Virus record (IMG/VR): IMGVR_UViG_3300011989_000257
Coordinates: 1 to 64,000 of that record
Source: a virus
Taxonomy: Duplodnaviria > Caudoviricetes
Reading direction: 5' to 3' (one strand)
DNA length: 64,000 bases
Shown here: one piece after another, positions 38,399 through 48,324 of the stretch
How positions within the stretch are numbered: the stretch's first letter is position 1
Layout of the letters: every line of letters begins with the position of its first letter
Position numbers and translations under genes: made by a program
The notes under the pieces: generated by a model
What the model was told of the DNA's origin: nothing
The model's input: the letters and a program-made list of their open reading frames with translations, nothing else
Databases searched by the model: none

Positions 38399-39190
38399 TT
38401 ACTCTGTTTTTTCGCCTTTAAAAATGAATTTATCTTTATCACGTTTAACACTTGGGTGAAACAAATATTCACGTTTTGCCAAATCAAACCACCACTGTGA
38501 TTCCTCACCACTTACAGTTTCCTTATAGATATTTACAAGAGAACCCTTTCTATCAAGGGTATGGTTATATCCAACCTTTGGAATGACGAATACTTTTTTA
38601 CCTTTATTTGTTAGACGAAGAAGCCACTCATACCAGAATGTAACTTTGATTGAAGGCTTTAACCCACCAACTTCTTGCCAATCCTTAATGTTGAATACCG
38701 AACCAGTTAGATAGAAATCAAAATAATTTCGCAAACAATCATGGTCAATATAACCAATCTCATTGGAAAAAGATGAAGCCCAAGCAGCCTCATTTCCGAA
38801 ACCTATATACTTTCCATTATTAAAGTCTGTAATATCCTCAAGAGTCATAAATACACTTGTATCTGGCATAAATTCCACATACTTCTTTACGTTCGGCAAC
38901 CAAATTGGTGTATACGTATCATCAAACTCAAGGATTGAGAACCACTTGAAATCATTTGCTACTGCATCTACAGCAGCATTTACAAGGTCAGCAAACGTTG
39001 TACCATCACCCTCTGAGATAATACGTAGTACACTGCTTGGAATGTTCTTAATCTTAGCCTCTGAAGTACCATTTGGTACTGAAAGACAAACTGTAACTCC
39101 CTCTGGAACACTTTTAATTGCCTTATTAGCAAGTTCTATATTTTCCTTACCAAATTCATGCATTGGTATTATCACTACTAGTTCCTTCAT
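38399..39190 (-). CDS. Glycosyltransferase family 2-like (GT-A)
   Basis: VVIIP, AIKSV, ILEFDD.Y.P.W, W.EVGG, EWLLRL...G..V..IP..GY.H. Confidence 0.7.
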   Translation of the reverse strand: MKELVVIIPMHEFGKENIELANKAIKSVPEGVTVCLSVPNGTSEAKIKNIPSSVLRIISEGDGTTFADLVNAAVDAVANDFKWFSILEFDDTYTPIWLPNVKKYVEFMPDTSVFMTLEDITDFNNGKYIGFGNEAAWASSFSNEIGYIDHDCLRNYFDFYLTGSVFNIKDWQEVGGLKPSIKVTFWYEWLLRLTNKGKKVFVIPKVGYNHTLDRKGSLVNIYKETVSGEESQWWFDLAKREYLFHPSVKRDKDKFIFKGEKTE

Positions 39191-39794
39191 TCTTTAACTC
39201 TTCTTTTTTCTTATTAATTATTTCATAAAGTTTATCTGTATATTTCTTCTTGATAACTTCATCATCCTCGTCTGGATTCTTAAACTTTTCTATAATCATT
39301 TCACTAACGTAATATACAGCCTCTGCTTCAAGGTCAACATTCGCATATTTCCTATGCCAAGGATAATTAGGGTCATCATGCGTAAGAGGATTTAACTTGT
39401 CTGCCAACTCGATAAAATCATTAGAATTAAAAATCTTACAATATTTTATAAATTTTTGGAAATCAAACTCATTTGGTTCTAAACAGCTAAGTACCTTCCT
39501 TGTCAAAGGAAATCCTACAGTTTCAAAAGAACCATCTTTCTTAAATAATCTATCTGTCTGGTCATCCTCACAAAAGATTAAAAAGATTGCAAGTTGTTCA
39601 TATGCATATGCCAATTCTTCCTTACGTTCTTCTGGAAATCCTTCAGTAAATCCCAATTGCGCCCATCTATCAGCAATTTGCTTTATTTTCTCATCAAGTT
39701 TACCACTTTTCTTTGCTTGAGCGTAAGTATGAATGCATATTCCCTTATCTGGATGTATATTCCCCACGCAACCACTTTCTAAAAATTCCTTCAT
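39156..39794 (-). CDS. Protein resembling the N-terminal region of a gp23-type major capsid protein
   Basis: FLESG.VGNI...RW..LGF.EG...E.LA..YE..A..L...GSFETV.FP..RKV.S; similarity is from recall, not a search. Confidence 0.5.
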   Translation of the reverse strand: MKEFLESGCVGNIHPDKGICIHTYAQAKKSGKLDEKIKQIADRWAQLGFTEGFPEERKEELAYAYEQLAIFLIFCEDDQTDRLFKKDGSFETVGFPLTRKVLSCLEPNEFDFQKFIKYCKIFNSNDFIELADKLNPLTHDDPNYPWHRKYANVDLEAEAVYYVSEMIIEKFKNPDEDDEVIKKKYTDKLYEIINKKKEELKNEGTSSDNTNA

Positions 39795-39795
39795 A

Positions 39796-40875
39796 CTACT
39801 CCTTCTTAGATTTAACTTGTATTAATAACTCTTCCATTTCCTTCTTTCTCCTATCGAGAACATCTCTAATATAAGCCAATATGTCAGCCTTTGTACCGTC
39901 TTCAGTAAACTCATCGACAATCTTCTTGGTCTCTTCAGCAAGTATTGCTGGTACTTTATCAGTAATCCAAGAACGAACAACGCTTGCAATCTGTTTATGA
40001 AGGGTGTCATAGTCATTGAACCATACGCAACAATTTGGTAATTCATCACCACTAGCCCAATCGACAGTTGTTGTAGGTACTTTGACCATTGTGATACTTC
40101 CACTCTTCATTGCCTCAAGTGCTGAATACATAAAACTTGCAGTTTCATCAACAACAATTGTAATAGCGCCTTCTCTTAATTCCTTTGCAAACTCTTCTTT
40201 TGACAAGTTCCTAAGTTCCTTAAATGAAACCCACTTAAAATGCGGATATTTCCAATAGAATGGTTTAACAATCCTCTTAATATCACTCTGGTCTTTTGCA
40301 ATAACATTAATCACCATTTTCTTTGGCTCAATCGTAGTACCGAATATCTTTGAAATAAATGGTCTTACCTTCCTAAGTTTTACATAAGGAAAAGCCTCAT
40401 TAAGTTCTGCTGCTTGATAGTCTGAATTGGTAATACCCTCCATAATACCGAAATCACCCCATTGCGCAGCATAAGGCATCTGCTCAACCACATAGTCATA
40501 ATTCTGTAGAATTGCAACCTTCTTACAAGGAAGATTCCTTGTCTGATTCATGACTTGTGAGAAAATCTCTGGAATGAACAATACATCACTCGGTGATGTA
40601 CCAACCTCGCCTTTATTGACATTGTAATGTGGTAAATTGGTGTATTCCTCACCTAGCCATGCGCCAACACCAACAAATTCCTCTTCAGTATGCAGCATGC
40701 TGACATCATATCCTTCATTCTTTAAGATAAGTGCTAAATTGTAAATATATTCAAGCGAACCCGACGGAACACCTTTACTATCTATGACGAAGAAATATAT
40801 TCTGTTCTCTTTCTTATCTATCTTAGAAATCTCTTTCTCGATGTTTTCAATTACTTTTAAATCTTTATCACTCAT
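39796..40875 (-). CDS. Glycosyltransferase-like protein (GT-B)
   Basis: PSGS..YIY.LA..L...GY, IPE, LS.EEFA..LRE, ALEAM.SG. Confidence 0.65.
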   Translation of the reverse strand: MSDKDLKVIENIEKEISKIDKKENRIYFFVIDSKGVPSGSLEYIYNLALILKNEGYDVSMLHTEEEFVGVGAWLGEEYTNLPHYNVNKGEVGTSPSDVLFIPEIFSQVMNQTRNLPCKKVAILQNYDYVVEQMPYAAQWGDFGIMEGITNSDYQAAELNEAFPYVKLRKVRPFISKIFGTTIEPKKMVINVIAKDQSDIKRIVKPFYWKYPHFKWVSFKELRNLSKEEFAKELREGAITIVVDETASFMYSALEAMKSGSITMVKVPTTTVDWASGDELPNCCVWFNDYDTLHKQIASVVRSWITDKVPAILAEETKKIVDEFTEDGTKADILAYIRDVLDRRKKEMEELLIQVKSKKE

Positions 40876-41203
40876 TGCTAACTTCGTTTACATCTTTTAT
40901 TAATTCATATGCCTTCAAGGTATTAAGTGTTATACTTTGTCCCATAGATAAGACCTTTGGGTCATCAATGGAGTCAAGAATATCAATGAACATTCTAATC
41001 ATATCATAACGAATAGTATTTTGTCCAGTATAATCATTAACTTTAACCTCCTTCATTTCCCTTGTATTAGGTATCATTTTCTCTGTTTCCCTATCATAAA
41101 TAAAAGAGTCAGTTATCTCAACCTCATTTGTTTTATCATTTGGGTTGCCAAATATAAAACTTGTAATATTATCCAAATCAAAAATATATGATGTATTTGT
41201 CAT
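40868..41203 (-). CDS. Hypothetical protein
   Basis: ORF track. Confidence 0.7.
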   Translation of the reverse strand: MTNTSYIFDLDNITSFIFGNPNDKTNEVEITDSFIYDRETEKMIPNTREMKEVKVNDYTGQNTIRYDMIRMFIDILDSIDDPKVLSMGQSITLNTLKAYELIKDVNEVSNE

Positions 41204-41799
41204 CCTTTAATGTTTTTGAAAAAATTATTATCTTTTATGATGTCGCTCAAACTATTATAATTAAAATCTGCTTCATCCTTATGGATATTATTGAATTCTC
41301 GATTAATAAGAACAATTTTCTTCCCCTCTGGCTTATTCTTTTCAAAAAATTCATTTCTTGCAGTAATCACGACATCGCATTCGTTCCAAACTTCATCAAG
41401 ATTTTTAGGAAAAATAACTTTTCTTACTCTAGAACCAATTTTGCTCAAGAAGAAATAAGTGGATTGAATTGTCAATGCTACTTCATCCAAACTATAGAAA
41501 ATAATCCTAATTTCTTCATCTTCGATATTCTCAATTTCTGCTAACCAATTATTGATATCCCTTGGTAGATTTTTTTCAATTGCTGGACAAGCACCAAATA
41601 TCTCAAATGGGTAATCTATGTAAATAAAATTATTTTTCTGGTGCTTGCTCTCAAACTTCAAGTATTTATTAAAAATATCTACTTTATCATCCAAATCCTC
41701 CCATTCTAATGATGGGTCGAACTCTTTCGCATAATTCTTAAGAATCTGTCTGTTGATATTTCTAACGACATGATTCAATTCAATTCCAATTGTCAACAT
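41200..41799 (-). CDS. HAD/5'(3')-deoxyribonucleotidase-like protein with degenerate catalytic motif
   Basis: IGIELNHVVR in place of I.ID.DGV.; K...L....N; CDVVIT. Confidence 0.5.
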   Translation of the reverse strand: MLTIGIELNHVVRNINRQILKNYAKEFDPSLEWEDLDDKVDIFNKYLKFESKHQKNNFIYIDYPFEIFGACPAIEKNLPRDINNWLAEIENIEDEEIRIIFYSLDEVALTIQSTYFFLSKIGSRVRKVIFPKNLDEVWNECDVVITARNEFFEKNKPEGKKIVLINREFNNIHKDEADFNYNSLSDIIKDNNFFKNIKG

Positions 41800-41829
41800 A
41801 TTTTTCTTTTATTAAAAAATAATAATAAC

Positions 41830-42813
41830 TTATTCATTTTTCAATGCTTTTTTCATACAATCTTTGCAAATTGGTTTATGTCCATCTGCCTCTTGTATAT
41901 CTGCATCATAAACTGACATTTCCTTCCCACAAACTGAACAATATCTCTTTCTCTCAGCATTAACCATTTCTGGTGCGACATCCTTCTTTTCCTTCTTTGC
42001 ATATTTCTCAGCCATAGATTTTGAATAATATTTAGATTCCAAATCAACTGGAAGTCTCAAATATTCATCCCAAGTTAATGTCAATAGATATTCATAATCT
42101 TTTTGTTTAAACTCCTTGAACTTCCCCCCCTTTATGAAACTATAGTTAACAAGGTCATCCTCATTATATGCTTTATATGTCGTAAAAGATAAATTATATA
42201 TTGAAGTCGCTATTTCATTCCTAGAAATTTCGTATTCACTTTTAGCTGTTAGTAACTTTTTCAATTCATTAATGAATGGCATTGATGCCGCATCATATGG
42301 GTCTGGTTCTGTGCTAAAATGTAATGTTGTCTCAACCTTACCTATTTTTTCATCAATATCAACATCAACACTTTTTGCAAACTTATCAACCTTGAACCTT
42401 ACAAAGGTATTATAATCTATTTCAAAACGGTATTTCTCAATACCATATTTCCCAACTTGATTCATTGCGCTCAAAACAGATTCGCAGATGTTTTCATTGT
42501 CTTGTGAAAACTTAAAACGTGTCTTATCCTTTGTTTTTTTCTTTTCTTCTTTAACGGCAACGCCATTTCCCAAATACTTATACTTTTCAGACTCGTTAGC
42601 AACCTTATATGTTCTATATCTAAGTTCCTCAACCTCTTGAGTCACTTCACCTTTTAGCAAATGCTTAGCAACCCTCTTGTCGCTTACTTGTTGGTTTATC
42701 TCAGTTCCTGCTTGGTCTGCCTCTCCACCACCCATTATTTCATCGTTAGCAGCCTTTAAACCAAAAGGTAGACCATACCATAAGTTTAAAAATATTTTCT
42801 TTATTTTATTCAT
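41830..42813 (-). CDS. Hypothetical protein with C-terminal CxxC..CxxC zinc ribbon
   Basis: CSVCG...ICKDC. Confidence 0.7.
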   Translation of the reverse strand: MNKIKKIFLNLWYGLPFGLKAANDEIMGGGEADQAGTEINQQVSDKRVAKHLLKGEVTQEVEELRYRTYKVANESEKYKYLGNGVAVKEEKKKTKDKTRFKFSQDNENICESVLSAMNQVGKYGIEKYRFEIDYNTFVRFKVDKFAKSVDVDIDEKIGKVETTLHFSTEPDPYDAASMPFINELKKLLTAKSEYEISRNEIATSIYNLSFTTYKAYNEDDLVNYSFIKGGKFKEFKQKDYEYLLTLTWDEYLRLPVDLESKYYSKSMAEKYAKKEKKDVAPEMVNAERKRYCSVCGKEMSVYDADIQEADGHKPICKDCMKKALKNE

Positions 42814-43057
42814 AATCTATTTCAGTCAATAATCTTTTTTTTAATTCATTAGTTAATTTATCCTTTACTGCAAAATATTCTTGTCTTTCCCTAATCATAT
42901 TACGTATATCATTTGGGGTATCATACGTTGGGTCAAGTACATTATCTCCTGTGGCTAAAACATATCCATCAGTCATCTTCGAATATTCCCTACAAATATC
43001 ACATGCTATATTATATGCTGTAAACACTTGTTCAATACTCATTTCACTCAATTTCAT
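42806..43057 (-). CDS. Hypothetical protein
   Basis: ORF track. Confidence 0.65.
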   Translation of the reverse strand: MKLSEMSIEQVFTAYNIACDICREYSKMTDGYVLATGDNVLDPTYDTPNDIRNMIRERQEYFAVKDKLTNELKKRLLTEIDYE

Positions 43058-43077
43058 ACTGCAAAAATTATGCCAAA

Positions 43078-43767
43078 TTATTTTAAAATATCAATAGGAT
43101 AATATTTTCCAAACCTATTATTTATTATTTCCCTATTTTCATACCATGTTGGTTTCAATTTCCCAACTGAATTATGTGCTAATCTAATATTGGTAGTAAC
43201 TCCTATTTTACATTTCTTTGCTTCCCAATTAGAAAGGCAGAAATAAATATCGTAAAAGTCAAACCCAGAAAGTTCTCTACTGAAATTCTCAGCTATTCTT
43301 CTCTTATGCACAGCCATAAATAAACCATCAATTACAACAACTTCTTGCAAATCCTTATCAAGCAATGGGGAAAATGCAGTAAGCCATGACTTACCATCTG
43401 CCCTATGTAGAACTTGTCCAAACTTCTTCTCATAATTCCACCAAGCAGCATTGGTATCAAATTGAGCAGACCCTGCAACACCAATGATTCCATAATCCTC
43501 GTGTTCATTAAAAAGTCTTAACACTTCCTTTCCCCACCCTTTTTTCAAAAACTCGATGTCATCATGTATAAAAACTAATATATCACTATCAATTTCACTA
43601 TTTACAGTCATATCTGCATATATTTTTGAAATTGATACTCCTTCTGGATTGTGTATCATATATACATGTGTATCACACCCACAAGTTTCCTTAATGTGCT
43701 CAATAAAATTTTTGTTCTCTTCTGTTGTCTTTTTTGAACAAACAATAACCCCTATACTTTTATCCAT
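43078..43767 (-). CDS. Glycosyltransferase (GT2-like, Glyco_tranf_2_5 type)
   Basis: VFIHDD, GIIGVAG, V.VIDGLFMA, FDFYD..FCL; start moved to MDKSI, downstream of the terminator. Confidence 0.8.
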   Translation of the reverse strand: MDKSIGVIVCSKKTTEENKNFIEHIKETCGCDTHVYMIHNPEGVSISKIYADMTVNSEIDSDILVFIHDDIEFLKKGWGKEVLRLFNEHEDYGIIGVAGSAQFDTNAAWWNYEKKFGQVLHRADGKSWLTAFSPLLDKDLQEVVVIDGLFMAVHKRRIAENFSRELSGFDFYDIYFCLSNWEAKKCKIGVTTNIRLAHNSVGKLKPTWYENREIINNRFGKYYPIDILK

Positions 43768-43784
43768 AGTTTTATTTAAAAAAT

Positions 43785-43827
43785 AAAAAAAGTGAATAAG
43801 AAACAAACTCTTATTCACTTTTTTTTT
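43785..43827 (-). terminator. Intrinsic terminator
   Basis: AAAAAAGTGAATAAGA...TCTTATTCACTTTTTT. Confidence 0.8.
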
Positions 43828-43829
43828 CA

Positions 43830-44858
43830 TCATTTATTTACAGCATTCACTGCATTTTGTGAATTTACAAGTAAAATTGTCTTTTCTCTGACCTCATCCA
43901 ATGTGTTTGTGCCAAGATAGGACATTGCTGAACGAAGATAATCGGTAAAATTCCTTGTCCATCCTTCCATTGTATATTCAACCTTAAGAAGTTTTTTAAC
44001 GCCCTCGCTAGTCTTTGTTTTCTCACCATTCATAGCAATCTGTCCTTCCCTAGAAGCCATACCATAGAAAGTGGCAAATGATTCTCCATCTATTTCTTGT
44101 TTCGGGGCTGCTGATTCAGCCATCTTTGCGAAAACGCTTCCTATCATAACATAATCAGCACCAAGGGCAATTGCCTTTATAATATCACGGTAGCCTCTTA
44201 TACCTCCATCTGCAATAATACATGGCAGCTTTTCGTATTTTTTTTCTTCTTCCAATTTCCTCTTAATAAGATAAGTATCATTCACCAATGATGCCATAGG
44301 TTTATGAACTCCAGTATTGGAAGTGCTAAGACATCCCTTACCTCCACCGATTCCAACTCTAACATAATCAAAGCCAGCATCTGCATAAAATTCATATGTT
44401 TCCTCATTGGCAATGTTACCACCCATAAGGATTAGGTTTCTACCCCATATTGACTTTGCTTTCTTGGCTGCATCGAATAGTCTCTGCATGTGTCCGTTGG
44501 CAACATCAATCAATGCTCTCATTGGGAATCCCTTGAACATTGGAATCACTGGTGTACAGAAATAATGAATAAACTCGTCAAGTGAAAAAGCTGCCCATTT
44601 TCCTCCAGTTGCATATGTTACCCTAGTTTCAAGTGGGTATTGCTCAACTCTAGGCAATATTGCATGTATCTTGTTTGTTTCAAACAATGCAAAGTTTGTC
44701 TCATTCACAACAGTGTCCATCGGTGCTGTAAACAATGGCAACATATCATCCTTATCAAAAGGAATGCATTCTATGCGATGGTTTATATTACTAACAACAC
44801 ATGGCTTAATCGTCAAGTCTTCATATGTGTAATGTATTCTCTCATCTATTAGCCCCAT
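43830..44858 (-). CDS. IMP dehydrogenase / GMP reductase family protein (no CBS domains)
   Basis: APMDTV, IDVANGH, GGNIA, RVGIGGG.GC, IADGGI, ALGADYVM.GS, YGMAS, SEG, LRSAMSY. Confidence 0.9.
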   Translation of the reverse strand: MGLIDERIHYTYEDLTIKPCVVSNINHRIECIPFDKDDMLPLFTAPMDTVVNETNFALFETNKIHAILPRVEQYPLETRVTYATGGKWAAFSLDEFIHYFCTPVIPMFKGFPMRALIDVANGHMQRLFDAAKKAKSIWGRNLILMGGNIANEETYEFYADAGFDYVRVGIGGGKGCLSTSNTGVHKPMASLVNDTYLIKRKLEEEKKYEKLPCIIADGGIRGYRDIIKAIALGADYVMIGSVFAKMAESAAPKQEIDGESFATFYGMASREGQIAMNGEKTKTSEGVKKLLKVEYTMEGWTRNFTDYLRSAMSYLGTNTLDEVREKTILLVNSQNAVNAVNK

Positions 44859-45432
44859 TATAAATCCTCCCTTTTCGCTTTATTGAATAATCTAATTCAA
44901 TTGGTTCTGTCTCATTTATTTTCATGATGCAATCAAGACACATATATTCTCTTACATCTTTAAAGTCTTTCCCTTCAGTACCATATATATGACCATGCAT
45001 GTAACCTTCCTTAATGTTAAGTGTGTCAACAACCACTATATCTCGTTCATCAGTCCAAGGTCTTTTATATGTTACTATATCCCCAACCTTCAATATATTT
45101 TCATCTATTATTATGTTATGCACCACAAAGTAGTGCCAACGCTTTATAGCATTAATAAACTTGTCTGTAGCCATTCCAGTGATTAATGGAATAGAATAAT
45201 CATAACTTGCATACTGTATATTCATACTGTATGAACTAAGAATCCTATCCATCAGTCCTAAAAATCCATTTCTATATACAATATCATGTATCCACTTTTC
45301 AAAACTTATTTTCTCTGACTTATTGCCACTAACCAAATACCTCGTTGGGGAACATGTATAATACATTCCTCTTATGTTGGCCATTATTCCTTGTTCCTTA
45401 CAAAACCATTTAAAAACTTGTACGTCTGTCAT
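44842..45432 (-). CDS. Hypothetical protein
   Basis: ORF track. Confidence 0.7.
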   Translation of the reverse strand: MTDVQVFKWFCKEQGIMANIRGMYYTCSPTRYLVSGNKSEKISFEKWIHDIVYRNGFLGLMDRILSSYSMNIQYASYDYSIPLITGMATDKFINAIKRWHYFVVHNIIIDENILKVGDIVTYKRPWTDERDIVVVDTLNIKEGYMHGHIYGTEGKDFKDVREYMCLDCIMKINETEPIELDYSIKRKGRIYNGANR

Positions 45433-45992
45433 TTCTTATTATTAATCGTTAGATAAGTTAATTCATTTGCTTGTCTTATAATACTTGCCATTATGCTAGC
45501 ATGCCACCTTGCTTGGTCATCTGATAAATCCCTATCATTGATAGTCATTGCCTCAATCTCTTCAGTATTTAACGGAATGCCACACTCAAAACATATCGAA
45601 ACAGAATGAAGACCAGTACGAATTGAAGGTAAATCACTGTTATATTTATAAACCAACCCTCTTTTCTCAACTTCCCATTGATTATCATTTGGAATCAATC
45701 TAACTGCCTTTGCAATCTGATGCAACAAACATAATTTAACTAAAGTACCCTTATCAGCTCTTTTCTCCTCTGGAAGTAATTCATTAATTCTAACAGCATA
45801 TGGAGTTAATACCTTTAAAACAATCTCAATCAACGAGCCATCATAAGCATTTCCGAATTCATTTGAATTGGTGAAACTACCATTAAATAAATTCATTCCA
45901 TATTTCTCTTTCAAATATGAGGTATCTATACCTAATTCCTCAAGTTTCTTAAAAAATAAATTTAAGTTTTTTTTCTTTATTTCCTCTGTCAT
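45429..45992 (-). CDS. HD-domain-like protein with degenerate metal ligands
   Basis: AYDGSLIEI (usually GGL..H), LLHQIAK (usually LLHD.GK), EIEAM..ND. Confidence 0.55.
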   Translation of the reverse strand: MTEEIKKKNLNLFFKKLEELGIDTSYLKEKYGMNLFNGSFTNSNEFGNAYDGSLIEIVLKVLTPYAVRINELLPEEKRADKGTLVKLCLLHQIAKAVRLIPNDNQWEVEKRGLVYKYNSDLPSIRTGLHSVSICFECGIPLNTEEIEAMTINDRDLSDDQARWHASIMASIIRQANELTYLTINNKK

Positions 45993-46017
45993 AATTTTAA
46001 AATTTGTTAAGTTCTAT

Positions 46018-46051
46018 TGCAAAGATATACAAAATTTGTTAAAATTCCAAA
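46018..46051 (-). promoter_or_regulatory. Bacteroidota sigmaA-type promoter
   Basis: TTTGG-N19-TATCTTTGCA. Confidence 0.8.
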
Positions 46052-46266
46052 AAAATGGGAAGACTTTTTTTGTCCTCCCATTCTTTTTATATGTATTCAA
46101 CAATTTCAATAAACGCCTTATGTTCTTCCTTTTCTTTATCTTCCCACCAATTTATAACATCTTGCGGTGGTTCAAAGTTGAAAACCATTGGGTCACGTCT
46201 AAGAGGTTCCCAGACTTCTTTCTTTATGTGTACAATCTTCATACCCAATTAAATCTATTAATGCCA

Positions 46267-47457
46267 TTATTCTTCAGAATCTTCTTCAGTGAATTGTACA
46301 TCATTTTCTGTAATGTCAAGTTTCTTACCACTTGTCTCTTCAATCTTTGCAAGAATATCCTTCATGTAGGTTTTCTTGTATTCCTCTAGTGCCTTTGGAT
46401 TCAATAGACCATTATGCACACAAGACATTTCACCTTCGTATGTTACGTTCCAAGGTGTTGGCAATTGATTCTTTGTTGTCCTAATCTTAGTTGTGATGCC
46501 ATACTGATATTTGCTACCTTTTGCAGTTGCATCTAGCTTTTTTGTAGCAGCCTTACCGATACCTCCAAGATGAATAATCAATCTTGCGCCATAGAAGAAC
46601 GTCTTACCTCCCTTAAGCTCAATTGAAGGAACACCACCCATTGAATTCATTGAGTCATTCCAAATCTTATTAACACAGAAAAATGTATTAGTATATTCCT
46701 CACTAACCTTCTTTGAAGATGGAATTCTATTATTGATAATATTACTGAATGACTGAGAAATAGCACCTGCATCAAACATGTTATTACCACTCTTGCTCTC
46801 AAGTGACTTAAATGACTGAATAGAACCGATTGAGTCCCAAATAAAGCACATTGGTTGTTGAATTTCGCCTCTGTCTTGAGCATCTAGCAAGTCATTAATT
46901 GAATATGCAATATCCTCAAGAACTGCTTCCTTACGCTTAGTCTTTGACTCCTTACCAGTTGAGTAGTCACGATTACCGTACATTTCAGCAAGAATCTTAT
47001 TATCAAAATATAAGAACTCACCGTCATAGTTGATAATTCTTTTCTCAGTATGAGTTGTAATCTCTCCAGTTTCCTCATCAACATCCTCAACCTCTACGTC
47101 ATCGTAAATAGGGGTCGCTTTCATTCCACAATCAATTGCATATTGGAAATCGAAGTTATTTTCAGTCTCATATATAACTGGAAGTATTCCATTATTGATA
47201 CATGACGCAATAAGACAATTCTTAATGGTTGATTTACCAGTGTTTGACCATCCAGTTACGATTGTAAGATAACCCTTTGGAATACCTGGAAGTTTAATTG
47301 CATCTGCAAATGCCTCTGGAAGTGGAATAAAGTCTGTTGGTTTATCTGCAACAGACTTTACCAAATCCTTATTTGATTTCATTGTTAATCCATATTTTTC
47401 CTTAAAACTAGCTATACTAGGCTTTTTAAACTCTTTTTTCTTAATTGGTTGCTTCAT
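46267..47457 (-). CDS. recA: RecA/UvsX-like recombinase
   Basis: GIPKG..T...GWSNTGKS (Walker A), YETE, WDSIG (Walker B), KGG..F, K..T.KN. Confidence 0.85.
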   Translation of the reverse strand: MKQPIKKKEFKKPSIASFKEKYGLTMKSNKDLVKSVADKPTDFIPLPEAFADAIKLPGIPKGYLTIVTGWSNTGKSTIKNCLIASCINNGILPVIYETENNFDFQYAIDCGMKATPIYDDVEVEDVDEETGEITTHTEKRIINYDGEFLYFDNKILAEMYGNRDYSTGKESKTKRKEAVLEDIAYSINDLLDAQDRGEIQQPMCFIWDSIGSIQSFKSLESKSGNNMFDAGAISQSFSNIINNRIPSSKKVSEEYTNTFFCVNKIWNDSMNSMGGVPSIELKGGKTFFYGARLIIHLGGIGKAATKKLDATAKGSKYQYGITTKIRTTKNQLPTPWNVTYEGEMSCVHNGLLNPKALEEYKKTYMKDILAKIEETSGKKLDITENDVQFTEEDSEE

Positions 47458-47470
47458 AACTTAATCTATC

Positions 47471-47683
47471 TTATAAAATATTATTTCTCGGAACTGCATA
47501 AAGTTTTCCTTCATCATGGTTATTGATAATTATTGAACTAAAGATGTTATCCATATCGTTATCATCAACGACTATTCCATTTATGATTCTGAAATTATTT
47601 GGTTTGAAAAATTCATCCCTCCAGTTATCATACCATTTGAATTTAACTCTTTCTCCTTTTCTATAACAGCGTGTTAGTCTCAT
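47471..47683 (-). CDS. Hypothetical protein
   Basis: ORF track. Confidence 0.6.
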   Translation of the reverse strand: MRLTRCYRKGERVKFKWYDNWRDEFFKPNNFRIINGIVVDDNDMDNIFSSIIINNHDEGKLYAVPRNNIL

Positions 47684-47684
47684 T

Positions 47685-48302
47685 TTATTTTTCCTTTAAA
47701 AGTTTGTCTCTAACTTTGTCTTTCCAACATTTTCTGCAAATAGCTCTGTACTTATCATTACCACCAATCATTACTTGGTCACCCTCAGTGACAATTTCAC
47801 CATTTTCATCGAATCTAGCATTGATTGATGTTTTTCTGTCTCCGCACTCACAAGTTGACTTAATCTCTTCTATATCATCTGCAAGTTCAAAAAGACGTTT
47901 AGACCCTGGAAATAATTTAGATTTAAAATCTGTTCTCAAACCAAAGCACATCACATTAATATCTAGAAAGTCAACAACATCAGATAATTGGTCTACTTGT
48001 TCTTCCGTAAGGAATTGACATTCATCTATTATAACCCACTTAAGAGTTTCTAACTGTGCGTCTAAGACATTCTTGTATGCCTTTATAGCTTTATATAGAT
48101 TAATTTCTTTATCAATCATAATACATTTACGTTCAAGTCCAGCACGTGAATGAATAATTCCTTCTCCATCCCTAGTATCCAACGATGGCTTAAGTACCAT
48201 TATTTGTACGCCTTTCTCCTCAAAATTGTAAGCTGTACTCAATAGCCTCAGTGTCTTTGCTGAGGCCATTGACCCGTAATAAAATTTTAAATGCTTTGCC
48301 AT
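47685..48302 (-). CDS. tdk: Thymidine kinase
   Basis: YGSMASAKT, DTR, SRAG, IDECQFL, FGLRTDF, FPGS..L, C.CG, Y.A.CR.C. Confidence 0.95.
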   Translation of the reverse strand: MAKHLKFYYGSMASAKTLRLLSTAYNFEEKGVQIMVLKPSLDTRDGEGIIHSRAGLERKCIMIDKEINLYKAIKAYKNVLDAQLETLKWVIIDECQFLTEEQVDQLSDVVDFLDINVMCFGLRTDFKSKLFPGSKRLFELADDIEEIKSTCECGDRKTSINARFDENGEIVTEGDQVMIGGNDKYRAICRKCWKDKVRDKLLKEK

Positions 48303-48324
48303 ATTGATTTATAAACATTGCCTA

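Noticed and set aside
43060-43077. Seventh host-type promoter upstream of 43057
   Set aside because: Reads TAATTTTTGCA, which does not match TAnnTTTG spacing, and has no TTTG at the 20-nt distance.
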